Virus record (IMG/VR): IMGVR_UViG_3300020165_000007
Coordinates: 186,001-250,000 of that record
Length of the DNA: 64,000 bases
Direction: 5' to 3' (one strand)
Below the pieces are notes generated by a model. It was not told the DNA's origin. It saw only the letters and a program-made list of their open reading frames with translations, and did not search any database. A program made the translations under genes and the position numbers. Shown here piece by piece: positions 8,661 through 17,067 of this stretch; within the stretch, counting starts at the first letter, position 1; each line of letters starts with the position of its first letter.

Positions 8661-9259
8661 ACAAATAAATACCAAATTTTCTCAAAAATTTTATAAACAA
8701 TTTTTTCAGGATTCCCATACAAATTTCATTTAGGCTATTGAACCCCCTTTTGACCCCCAAAACCCCCCAGGGGGAGGGGGGATACGGGACCCCATACAGG
8801 AGGGGGGGACCCCATAGGGGGGTATATAGGGGGGTTCTTAGGTAAACTCCATATGGGTCCCCCCTTAGTGTATGTTTTTCTATGGGAGTCATGTCAGGAC
8901 AACTACATATACAAATATAATAGGGGGAAGTTATGAACAGACAATATGTCAGGTGTTAATAACTATAGGGGGAATTGTTTGGTATTGTCAAATATTATTC
9001 GTATCTTTATGTTGACGCTCTGGAGTTTGGTAGGGGGAAAGTATAAGGCAGGTTGGAGTATACTCGGTCCCCCTCGAACTTGTGATGGTTACACCACGAA
9101 GTTACAACAATCTTTTTTAATACACAACTTGTTTCTTAATTATTTTTGCCGTATATTTGTATTGACGCTTCAGATTTAGATAGGGGGAAAAATAAAGCAT
9201 CAACCTAAGTTACGGCGAATTAAACTAATATCCAAATATTTATTGTTAAATTATTCTAT

Positions 9260-9649
9260 ATGGAACAAGATTATTTCAAGACTCTCCCCTCAGGTTACCT
9301 TGAGTATATTGATAAGTTGATGAACAACTTGGTTGTGGGTAATCACATGAGAGCTAATTGGAGTACTGAATGGGAAATACGTTTGGATGATAAGAATGGT
9401 AATCCCGTATTTTCTATCTACGGTGATGTAGGTAGTGACTCCCCCATATATAGAATCATTTATTCCCCTCCAGCTTTCTTATTTAATATGGTTCCCATGG
9501 GGGGTGAAGGTCATCAGTTAGAATTCATGACTCAACTATATGAGAAGTATAATATTGAAGAGTTTGTTAATAACTTCTTTGAAAAGAGGAATGAAGATAT
9601 AGATATCATTGGTCACCATAGGGGGTTTGTCAAGAGGTCCGTCTTTTAA
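9260..9649 (+). CDS. Hypothetical protein, paralog of 10455-10856
   Basis: Shared LP..YLEYIDK, FLF.MVPM, N.DID motifs. Confidence 0.75.
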   Translation: MEQDYFKTLPSGYLEYIDKLMNNLVVGNHMRANWSTEWEIRLDDKNGNPVFSIYGDVGSDSPIYRIIYSPPAFLFNMVPMGGEGHQLEFMTQLYEKYNIEEFVNNFFEKRNEDIDIIGHHRGFVKRSVF

Positions 9650-10060
9650 TAGGGTTTTATTTTATAACTTGTTCATAACTAATTCCTCCTGTTGATATCA
9701 TTAGGGGGAATTGTTGATAACTTTTTATGTCATTTTATTTGGTTTTGTCAAAATGTCATGTGGACTTTGCTCACAGCACAATCCCTTTGGAGGGTTTTGT
9801 ATTAGTATCCCCCCTCATATTTTCCAGCTAATAATAAATAAATCGATGATTTCATCGGCAGAATCCCCGATTTTCTTTAGTTCCCCCTTTTCTAAATGTC
9901 CATTCTGAGTGTATTAAAAGGGGTATATAATTTCCAGATAAAAAGGTGCATTATAAAGGGGGTGTGGGTGAGACGAAGTCCTATAATCCCCTCCAACGTT
10001 TCCCTATCCCCAATTCCTTTAGAAACCTGACAAAATGTCCATGTAAATAGACTTTCTTAA

Positions 10061-10090
10061 GTGGTAAAATGTGGTAGAAAGTGGTGTAAA
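10061..10090 (+). promoter_or_regulatory. Three 10-bp tandem GTGGT repeats (MraZ-box-like)
   Basis: GTGGTAAAAT-GTGGTAGAAA-GTGGTGTAAA. Confidence 0.5.
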
Positions 10091-10404
10091 AATCCGAAGG
10101 ATTATGTATTACTTATGAATACATTTTCGTATATGGTTTTCCTTTTATAAAACCTCTTAGTAAGTATGTCTTTAAAGTCTCTGAGGGGGAAGACTTCTTC
10201 GGTTATTATGGGGGGAATGTAACTATGAACGAAACATAACGACCCGTGTAACGGGGAGTGGTTCACGAAGTGAAATGTATAGTGAGTAGTTACATTTACT
10301 CCATAATAATATCATTCTATATAAGTTATAGAAAAGTTTTATTGGTATCATCACACTAATTCTAATAGTTATTAGTTTCTTGGTATCTTAGAATCGTCCA
10401 CGTA

Positions 10405-10433
10405 GTGGCTAGTTGTAATCCCCTACCCCTTTT
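10405..10433 (+). repeat. Dispersed motif GTGGCTRGTT-N-AATYCCCTACCCCTTTT copy 1
   Basis: Also at 11810-11839 and 13019-13050. Confidence 0.85.
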
Positions 10434-10454
10434 GTTTTTATTAGTGAGTCTAAG

Positions 10455-10856
10455 TTAATAGTTAAGGGCTGCCCTTACTACAGGAGTCTTAAATGGTAGG
10501 TCTATATCTGCGTTCTGTCTTTCGTAGACATCATCAATAGGTTTCATAAAATGTTTTAAGAATATCTGTGTAGTAAAGACTGTTTGTTGTTCCTTACTCA
10601 TGGGTACCATATGGAATAGAAATATTTTGGAACCGTAGAATACAAAATACGTTTCTTGACTAACATTTCCCTGAACACCGAAGACCAAATCATTACCATG
10701 GACTATTTGACAATCAAAAGAATCATCCCATGTGGGTATCTCATTAACCTTTACCTCACATTCACTAACCATTTTATCTATATATTCTAAATAAGATGGT
10801 GGGAGAACAGTTAATGGTTCAAAATCATACTCACTTCTACCTAACCAATTACCCAT
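10455..10856 (-). CDS. Hypothetical protein, paralog of 9260-9649
   Basis: LPPSYLEYIDKM, FLFHMVPM, NADIDL. Confidence 0.75.
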   Translation of the reverse strand: MGNWLGRSEYDFEPLTVLPPSYLEYIDKMVSECEVKVNEIPTWDDSFDCQIVHGNDLVFGVQGNVSQETYFVFYGSKIFLFHMVPMSKEQQTVFTTQIFLKHFMKPIDDVYERQNADIDLPFKTPVVRAALNY

Positions 10857-10977
10857 AGTTTAATTTATTTAATAATAAGTATTTGGTATCCCCTAATTAT
10901 TTTAGTTAGTCCCCATTTTATGACATATATCAGCTATAAATTATGACTGATGTATTCTTTCACCGATATTTATTAGT

Positions 10978-11148
10978 ATGAGTGATTTATTATTTTATGT
11001 GTTGGTTTCTTTGGGTATTATAATATCCCTTGTATTGGTAATTAAGTTAACAATGAATCTTTTATTTAAAGTGGAGTATTACCACGATTGGAAAGATAGA
11101 GACGAGAATATGGAACCTAAGATTAAGAAACGTTACGTAAAACGTTAA
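10978..11148 (+). CDS. Small membrane protein (56 aa)
   Basis: MSDLLFYVLVSLGIIISLVLVIKL...; TATTTAT just upstream. Confidence 0.55.
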   Translation: MSDLLFYVLVSLGIIISLVLVIKLTMNLLFKVEYYHDWKDRDENMEPKIKKRYVKR

Positions 11149-11789
11149 TTCCCCTGCTTCTTACACAGTTTGTTATCTATTACTACTGTGTTTTCGGTAA
11201 TATTGTATTTGGATAGTATTTCGAATACAACCCTTTCCATATCTTCTCTTGGTATCTCTAAATCACTACAAAGAGAACTATTTGATTCTATATACACTGT
11301 AAGTTTCCCCTCTGATTCCCATGCTACGGGATATATTCCGAAATTATATAAACCGTAAAAGTAATCTGATGTCATATCTAAGTTATATTCAGATATAATC
11401 TTTTGTACAATCTCTTCTGTTATTGATTGGAACTTTACACTCATCTCCGTCCATTTCTTTCCGTCTATAGAATCCCAGTCATAGTATGTTTCGATAATTA
11501 AGTTTGGTGCCCCTAAGTATTTTTTGATATCTTCTATATTGGCCGATTTCCATATTGTATCTACATACTGTGGGTCAAAATTTGGTGATAATGGATTTAG
11601 TTTATCTAAGTCAGGTTTGATTTCTATTGTTACGAGTGTGGCTCGCTTATTTTCTCTCCCCGAAAAGTACGCGTTATTGTGACCTAAGTATGCTTCGTAA
11701 TCTAAAATCCCTTTCGCATATAATGTACCGAACAGTTTCTTTACTGTTTCGAATAGTTGTACTTCCTCTTTAGAATATCCTATTTCCAT
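11145..11789 (-). CDS. Hypothetical protein, paralogous family with 13075 and 15530 genes
   Basis: DLDKLNPLSPNFDPQY...KKYLG. Confidence 0.7.
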   Translation of the reverse strand: MEIGYSKEEVQLFETVKKLFGTLYAKGILDYEAYLGHNNAYFSGRENKRATLVTIEIKPDLDKLNPLSPNFDPQYVDTIWKSANIEDIKKYLGAPNLIIETYYDWDSIDGKKWTEMSVKFQSITEEIVQKIISEYNLDMTSDYFYGLYNFGIYPVAWESEGKLTVYIESNSSLCSDLEIPREDMERVVFEILSKYNITENTVVIDNKLCKKQGN

Positions 11790-11809
11790 TGATTAATATC
11801 TTTCATTGT

Positions 11810-11839
11810 GTGGCTGGTTTAAAATCCCCTACCCCTTTT
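11810..11839 (+). repeat. Dispersed GTGGCT...CCCCTACCCC motif copy 2
   Basis: GTGGCTGGTTTAAAATCCCCTACCCCTTTT. Confidence 0.85.
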
Positions 11840-11906
11840 TTTAATAATCCTAATTATAAATATACTTTTATTTGATTATCTTTAACTTATCATTATATTA
11901 GTTAAT

Positions 11907-12482
11907 ATGATTTTTACTGAGTTATCACACGCACATATCACCTTTGTAATAGGTTTACCAGGTAGTGGTAAAAGTTACCTATTAAATTACCTAAAAGAAA
12001 ACCCTTTTATCGAACCTGTCGTTTATGATGATTGGTTAATAGTATACGAAAATGATTGTGGTAATGAAAATTTTAATTGTGACAGTAGATATCCTGAATT
12101 AATAGAAAACTTGAATAATAAGATACCTTGTATTATTTCTTCTATTAAGTTTTTGGAGCCTGAATTTTTAAATAGTTCCATAACCACATTAATTGAAGAA
12201 ATTAATGATTTAAAAATAGAATATTTATACTTTGATAATGACATAGAATCATGTAAGTTTAATGTGAAATGTAGAGATATTGAGTTGGGTGGTTATTGGA
12301 AACCTAATAATGAAGGAATTTTATGGTATTATGGTACTATATATAATAATAAACCTTTATATCTATCTGAGTTATCTAATATTGAGAATCTGTCATCCAC
12401 TTATGAAATTCCTACAAAATATACTCCGATAAAGATTGAACGTAATAAGAATATAACGAAATTACCTTTTGGATATGAATAA
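11907..12482 (+). CDS. P-loop NTPase/kinase (AAA_33-like)
   Basis: VIGLPGSGKS Walker A, VYDD. Confidence 0.65.
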   Translation: MIFTELSHAHITFVIGLPGSGKSYLLNYLKENPFIEPVVYDDWLIVYENDCGNENFNCDSRYPELIENLNNKIPCIISSIKFLEPEFLNSSITTLIEEINDLKIEYLYFDNDIESCKFNVKCRDIELGGYWKPNNEGILWYYGTIYNNKPLYLSELSNIENLSSTYEIPTKYTPIKIERNKNITKLPFGYE

Positions 12483-12846
12483 AATAAAATCTCTAACTTT
12501 ATTAACTTTTCTTTTAATTTGTAATCTATCTTATTCCCAATATTGGTTGGATAGTTTAGATATAAAACCTATTTATGTCCCTAACGCGATTACCTTAGAT
12601 AATGATAACATTAATGATGGGTGGAGAGCTGAAAGTTGTGTAGAGTGGGATGATTATGAGGTTATGATATTTAACTGTTGGGGTGAATGTATTTGGTATA
12701 GTAAAGATATAGAGGAGTGGTGGATTGGTGATAAGGTTAAGAGTGGTACCCACTTTTCAAAAGACGGGTTATATACATATAAAATACAGGCTCGTAAAGG
12801 TTTTGAAACCACGGTTAAGGAAGGAGTAATTTATGTAATAAGATAA
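12475..12846 (+). CDS. Signal peptide plus stand-alone T9SS type-B C-terminal sorting domain (CHU_C/gliding-motility CTD)
   Basis: YVPNAITLDNDNINDGW...IFNCWGECIW...WWIG...GLYTYKI...G.I..IR. Confidence 0.8.
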   Translation: MNKIKSLTLLTFLLICNLSYSQYWLDSLDIKPIYVPNAITLDNDNINDGWRAESCVEWDDYEVMIFNCWGECIWYSKDIEEWWIGDKVKSGTHFSKDGLYTYKIQARKGFETTVKEGVIYVIR

Positions 12847-13016
12847 TGGATTTATACGAAACAATACAAGACTCATTTACATTATCTTTAATAGTATGTT
12901 CCTCTTCGATTTCACTAGCAGCAGTTGTCTTATTAATGGTGTGGTTATTTGTTAGAAATAAAGATGAATATTACAAAGACGGTGTAAAAGTAGAGTTATT
13001 TGAGGATTCTCATTAA
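12846..13016 (+). CDS. Small membrane protein (56 aa)
   Basis: TAATG coupled to upstream stop; central TM. Confidence 0.55.
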   Translation: MDLYETIQDSFTLSLIVCSSSISLAAVVLLMVWLFVRNKDEYYKDGVKVELFEDSH

Positions 13017-13018
13017 TC

Positions 13019-13050
13019 GTGGCTGGTTCAAATTCCCCTACCCCCTTTTT
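13019..13050 (+). repeat. Dispersed GTGGCT...CCCCTACCCC motif copy 3
   Basis: GTGGCTGGTTCAAATTCCCCTACCCCCTTTTT. Confidence 0.85.
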
Positions 13051-13074
13051 TTACTTCTTTAATATTTATCACTA

Positions 13075-13701
13075 ATGGAAGATAATCTATCAGAGAAGTA
13101 TAACGAGTCACAAAGGATTAAACTGTTGTTTGACGGTTTGTTCTTTAACAAGATGGGATTGCCTTGTGATGTAGTGTATCTACCATCCATTTTTCAACAT
13201 TTGGTTGTTGTAAATATTGATTTATCTAAGATGTATCCATCTCTTGGTGGGAACCCTGATACGATTGAAGAACTCAAGAAAGGTAGGTTTCATAGGGACT
13301 TAACTAATTCTTTGAGATATATTGATGTTCTACCTATGGATGTTTATCCATATCCTGTGTTCTCTCTCGATAAAAAAGGTTTTGATGATTTGGATAATAT
13401 TAGAGATGGTGTGTTGAAATCTTATGAAGAAGTGAAAGATGAGATTGGTCATTGTCTAACTGAGGTCGATGTTGAATGGGTTCCTGATTTGGATACTATT
13501 TTAGGTAGGGACACAGTGGATGCAATCGATGAGTATATACTTAGTTTAGATGATGATATATCATTAGCCTTCAAACCATATTTATATTTCATGTATGGTC
13601 AGGGTAAGTGTGATGATATGAGTTTACCGTCAGCATATAAAGTATTTGACGATATCAACCCTGATATAAAATACATGAGACCTGAAAGAATTAAGAAATG
13701 A
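13075..13701 (+). CDS. Hypothetical protein, paralogous family with 11145 and 15530 genes
   Basis: VNIDLSKMYP...LRYID; TATTTAT 13063-13069. Confidence 0.7.
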   Translation: MEDNLSEKYNESQRIKLLFDGLFFNKMGLPCDVVYLPSIFQHLVVVNIDLSKMYPSLGGNPDTIEELKKGRFHRDLTNSLRYIDVLPMDVYPYPVFSLDKKGFDDLDNIRDGVLKSYEEVKDEIGHCLTEVDVEWVPDLDTILGRDTVDAIDEYILSLDDDISLAFKPYLYFMYGQGKCDDMSLPSAYKVFDDINPDIKYMRPERIKK

Positions 13702-14183
13702 GAGATTTAATTAAGAAAGTGTTAAGAGAAGAGTCCGAGTCTATGGACCTGATGCATTTTTGGAGTAACTCACCTAAGGTTACTGATGCAGATAACACAG
13801 AACAAATGGATGATTTCATGTGGCACATCATCAACTATGTGAATTTTCCATCTGACGGTAACTACAGAAGAATTAAAACTTTTATCAAATCTTTAATTAG
13901 GTATGGTTTGATAGATGTTGAATTCTATACCAACATGTATAGATGGTTGAATCGTAAGTTAAGGGAGATATCAACAATTGAAGAAGAATTTCAACTATCT
14001 TTGGATTATGTAGGTGGTGACGACTCATATAACGATTGGAAATGGTATGTTCTGTCTTTTGGTAAAGGTAATTTTGAAAGATTAAAGGAAGGTTATGATG
14101 ATAATATTACATTTGTTGAGTCACTAAACCCTGTAGAATCATTTCAGTATGCATGGCCTCATCCATATGATTTTAGAGACTGA
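13698..14183 (+). CDS. Leader-bearing hypothetical protein, DUF4240-like
   Basis: MRDLIKKVLREE leader; GGDDSYNDWKWYVLSFGK resembles DUF4240 motif. Confidence 0.55.
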   Translation: MRDLIKKVLREESESMDLMHFWSNSPKVTDADNTEQMDDFMWHIINYVNFPSDGNYRRIKTFIKSLIRYGLIDVEFYTNMYRWLNRKLREISTIEEEFQLSLDYVGGDDSYNDWKWYVLSFGKGNFERLKEGYDDNITFVESLNPVESFQYAWPHPYDFRD

Positions 14184-14339
14184 TTAATTATCCGAAGTTA
14201 TTCTAAAAGTACATGCAGGTCTACCATTAATTAACGGCATTCCGTGTTCATCATAAGTAATCGTCTTTACCTTTGTCTTCTTATTCTTAAATCTCCCTGT
14301 TAGTATTGTATCACCAACCTTTATGTCTAACTTAATCAT
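14184..14339 (-). CDS. Small SH3/KOW-like phage protein (51 aa)
   Basis: MIKLDIKVGDTILTGRFKNKKTKVKTITYDEHGMPLINGRPACTFRI. Confidence 0.65.
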   Translation of the reverse strand: MIKLDIKVGDTILTGRFKNKKTKVKTITYDEHGMPLINGRPACTFRITSDN

Positions 14340-14494
14340 TTGGACATGGTTGGTCGTGGTATTGAGTTTAACAGTTCTTCCCTATCTTTTATCCATTCAC
14401 TAACAAAGTTAGGATTATTCACATAAGTTTTCCATATGTAAAAGTCTTTTAAGTCTTTGAGTAGTAACCCTACATCTATAATATTTTCGTCCAT
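14336..14494 (-). CDS. Small hypothetical protein (52 aa)
   Basis: ATGA-coupled to downstream gene. Confidence 0.5.
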   Translation of the reverse strand: MDENIIDVGLLLKDLKDFYIWKTYVNNPNFVSEWIKDREELLNSIPRPTMSK

Positions 14495-14636
14495 TTTTTG
14501 ATATTAAGTCTTTTTTATTTTAAAAATATTTCTTATATTTGCTTTATGGATAAATCAACACGACAATCGAATATTTTAGTCACTACCTTTTTTATTATTA
14601 TGTTAACAATTGCATTTTTAGTTAGTTAGATAATAA

Positions 14637-14942
14637 TTAATCGTTATATAACCATTCTTCTAAAACATTTAAACTAATTTCTGTAAATGTTTTTTTAACT
14701 GTAGATATGTCTTTTTCGTCTAAACTCATATATAACTTTAAACTATCTATTACTTGGTACATATCTGCATCTCCAACTAAGTAGGTATTTTGACTTAATG
14801 GTTTATTATTCCACCCTTTTTTAGCAGGTCTAAAAGTTATATAACCTTCCTGACCTCCAATCCCCTGAAATGTTACTTGATAGTTTTCATCAATTTTAGT
14901 GACGAATGTTTTAAAGTTTTTATCTAAGAATTCTTTAATCAT
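14637..14942 (-). CDS. Hypothetical protein
   Basis: ORF in co-oriented run. Confidence 0.6.
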   Translation of the reverse strand: MIKEFLDKNFKTFVTKIDENYQVTFQGIGGQEGYITFRPAKKGWNNKPLSQNTYLVGDADMYQVIDSLKLYMSLDEKDISTVKKTFTEISLNVLEEWLYND

Positions 14943-14943
14943 T

Positions 14944-15105
14944 TTACCAATTTTTAATTATATTTACTACGATGAATAAGTTAGCTATAAATGCCTGTAA
15001 CACAATTAAAGTCCTAATAATTGCAACTTTATCACTATACCAATTATCTTCTTTATTAACTTTAGAACCTAAAGATTTAGCCCATATTTCCCATACTCTT
15101 CTCAT
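14944..15105 (-). CDS. Small phage membrane protein (53 aa)
   Basis: MRRVWEIWAKSLGSK...SDKVAIIRT motif typical of T4-like aquatic phages. Confidence 0.65.
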   Translation of the reverse strand: MRRVWEIWAKSLGSKVNKEDNWYSDKVAIIRTLIVLQAFIANLFIVVNIIKNW

Positions 15106-15155
15106 AAAAAAGTTTTTATAAACAATAATAATTAATTATTATTATTAAATCAACT

Positions 15156-15530
15156 TTATAATTTTACTACATCCCCCTTTTCTAATGAGGATTTAAAAGA
15201 AGTTTCAATAAAATTTATGATTCTTTTATTCTTTACGTAATCATCTTTTAACTTTATATCGCTAGATATTCCCATGTTCGGAATAACAATATTGTTGTAA
15301 AAGTATTTTATATCTTCTATACTATTTATCCCAAGATAATCTATAATAAAAAAATATTCGTAGTTGGGTACAAAATTCTTAATCTTTGTGGAGTAGTATC
15401 CTGCCAATTTTTCTTTTAATGGGTCGTAAAATATAATTACTTCTTCACCTACTAAGTATTTATCTAACCCTTTACCTAAATCTTTAATTTGATTTAACAA
15501 TGGTTCTGGTATGTTATTTAACTGTTCCAT
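15156..15530 (-). CDS. Hypothetical protein
   Basis: ORF, translationally coupled. Confidence 0.6.
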   Translation of the reverse strand: MEQLNNIPEPLLNQIKDLGKGLDKYLVGEEVIIFYDPLKEKLAGYYSTKIKNFVPNYEYFFIIDYLGINSIEDIKYFYNNIVIPNMGISSDIKLKDDYVKNKRIINFIETSFKSSLEKGDVVKL

Positions 15531-16171
15531 TATCTCATACCTTTTTCACACATGAAATTATGATATGGAAATCCACTTTCTTTAACTCCGTTAGTTTCAA
15601 ACACACTGTCGGTAATCTCAATAAGTTTATCACAATCTACACCTCTATCCATAAACCTACTATCAGTACCTAATCCACTTTTACCTAATGAGTGTGAGTA
15701 AGCTAATATGTTAGTATCGCTTGGATAATCAGGGTTTTCTTGTAGTTGAACTAAAATATCATACTCTTGTATTAAGTCATACGGTATTTTGTATTCATGG
15801 GTTAAGATATTAATTATATCATCATTACAATTCTTAGCAACTTCTTGTACGTATTCATCATTTATGTACGTGTAATGTTGTAATACATCCGGACCTATTG
15901 GTGAAAGTCCTATATATTTTAAAATATCGTTTACCTTGTGTTCAATTTCATCAACTGTTTTTTGATAGTTTTCGTCATAGGTGGGTGAACCTTTGAATTG
16001 TTTGTCAATGTCGATATAAAATTGTAACAATACATAGGGACGTATGGAAGTTTTGGCTACGTGAAAATCATGCTTTACTTCGACATCTTTGAAAAGTACT
16101 TTGTCTACTATTTTGTCGAGTATATTAACTGACTGTTGCAAGTCCTCTATTCGTTTTTCCTCTTCCATCAT
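15530..16171 (-). CDS. Hypothetical protein, paralogous family with 11145 and 13075 genes
   Basis: YIDIDKQFKGSPTYDENY...LKYIG. Confidence 0.7.
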   Translation of the reverse strand: MMEEEKRIEDLQQSVNILDKIVDKVLFKDVEVKHDFHVAKTSIRPYVLLQFYIDIDKQFKGSPTYDENYQKTVDEIEHKVNDILKYIGLSPIGPDVLQHYTYINDEYVQEVAKNCNDDIINILTHEYKIPYDLIQEYDILVQLQENPDYPSDTNILAYSHSLGKSGLGTDSRFMDRGVDCDKLIEITDSVFETNGVKESGFPYHNFMCEKGMR

Positions 16172-17067
16172 CCTATCTCTTGGTTAAAATATTCATGGAA
16201 TAACTCCTCAACTCTTCTATGGTCAGGATAAAAATTGTCAAGATACATTGTTTCAAGATTATGATAACTATCATCATAGTTTCTCATTTCAGCCAAGAAA
16301 CAAACAAAATTACTACATTCTGAAAATACATCAAAATCTTCATACGTACCATTTGTGTAATAATCGTGAACTATGTCGTTTAAGAAGTTGTCTACGTTTA
16401 TTGATAACAGTTTACCATTTTTGTTCTCATCAAACTTTATGTCGTCAGTTTTAAAATAAGTTTTAATATCACTCATTACCCTTTCAAATACCTCATCTTC
16501 TGAAGCCTGTCTATAAGCCCAAGTATATATGTTTTTAAGCTCATCAATAATATCACTATCTTCTAAATCATCAAAATCAAAGGATTCTTTACCCATTATT
16601 TTAGATAGAGTATTCTTTTCTTCATCATTTAAGGCATTCTCAATTTCATCATTTTCAAATTCAGGGAACCAGTCTTCGAACAATCCAGAATCATCTAAAA
16701 TACCAGCCAAGTAATCAGGTCTAATAAGATTAGCCAAATCTTGTTTATCTAAAAGAAGTCTGTTATCATCTACTATATCATACCTAAAAAGTTCTTTAAT
16801 ATCGTTAACGATATAATCAGCATCTTCGTAATATATTAACTTCATACCAACGTGTTCACAACCTACAGACTTTGATAACTCTAAAAACTCAGACTTATCT
16901 TCCGATAATTTATTATCTATAATATATTGTAAGTATGACTCACAGTCTTCATTAAAATAGTTTTGAAAAAACTCTATATCGAAAACATTATTACTGTAAC
17001 TTTCGAGCAGTTTTTTCCTATCAGTCAGTAAGACTTTTATTAGACCTTTTTTTCCTCCGTTTTTCAC
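16168..17067 (-). CDS. Acidic hypothetical protein
   Basis: 299-aa ORF; TATTTAT 17087-17093. Confidence 0.7.
   Translation of the reverse strand: MKNGGKKGLIKVLLTDRKKLLESYSNNVFDIEFFQNYFNEDCESYLQYIIDNKLSEDKSEFLELSKSVGCEHVGMKLIYYEDADYIVNDIKELFRYDIVDDNRLLLDKQDLANLIRPDYLAGILDDSGLFEDWFPEFENDEIENALNDEEKNTLSKIMGKESFDFDDLEDSDIIDELKNIYTWAYRQASEDEVFERVMSDIKTYFKTDDIKFDENKNGKLLSINVDNFLNDIVHDYYTNGTYEDFDVFSECSNFVCFLAEMRNYDDSYHNLETMYLDNFYPDHRRVEELFHEYFNQEIG

Larger units (their letters stand above)
8741..10450. other. Gene-poor, motif-dense region: candidate replication origin or genome terminus
   Basis: G/C homopolymer tracts, 5x TAGGGGGAA, GTTATNAACA boxes, 3x GTGGT 10-bp repeats, cGAAg mini-hairpins; only one credible ORF in 1.7 kb. 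Confidence 0.55.

Noticed and set aside
8614-9179. ORFs 8614-8892 (-) and 8946-9179 (+)
   Set aside because: Products of G/C homopolymer tracts and motif repeats; no protein-like features
8990-10320. Xer/dif site suggested by KOPS-like octamers
   Set aside because: Near matches (TTATGTTGAC 9007, TTATTGTTAAAT 9241) lack a correctly spaced partner arm; octamer orientation at 6274 and 27225 is not consistently convergent
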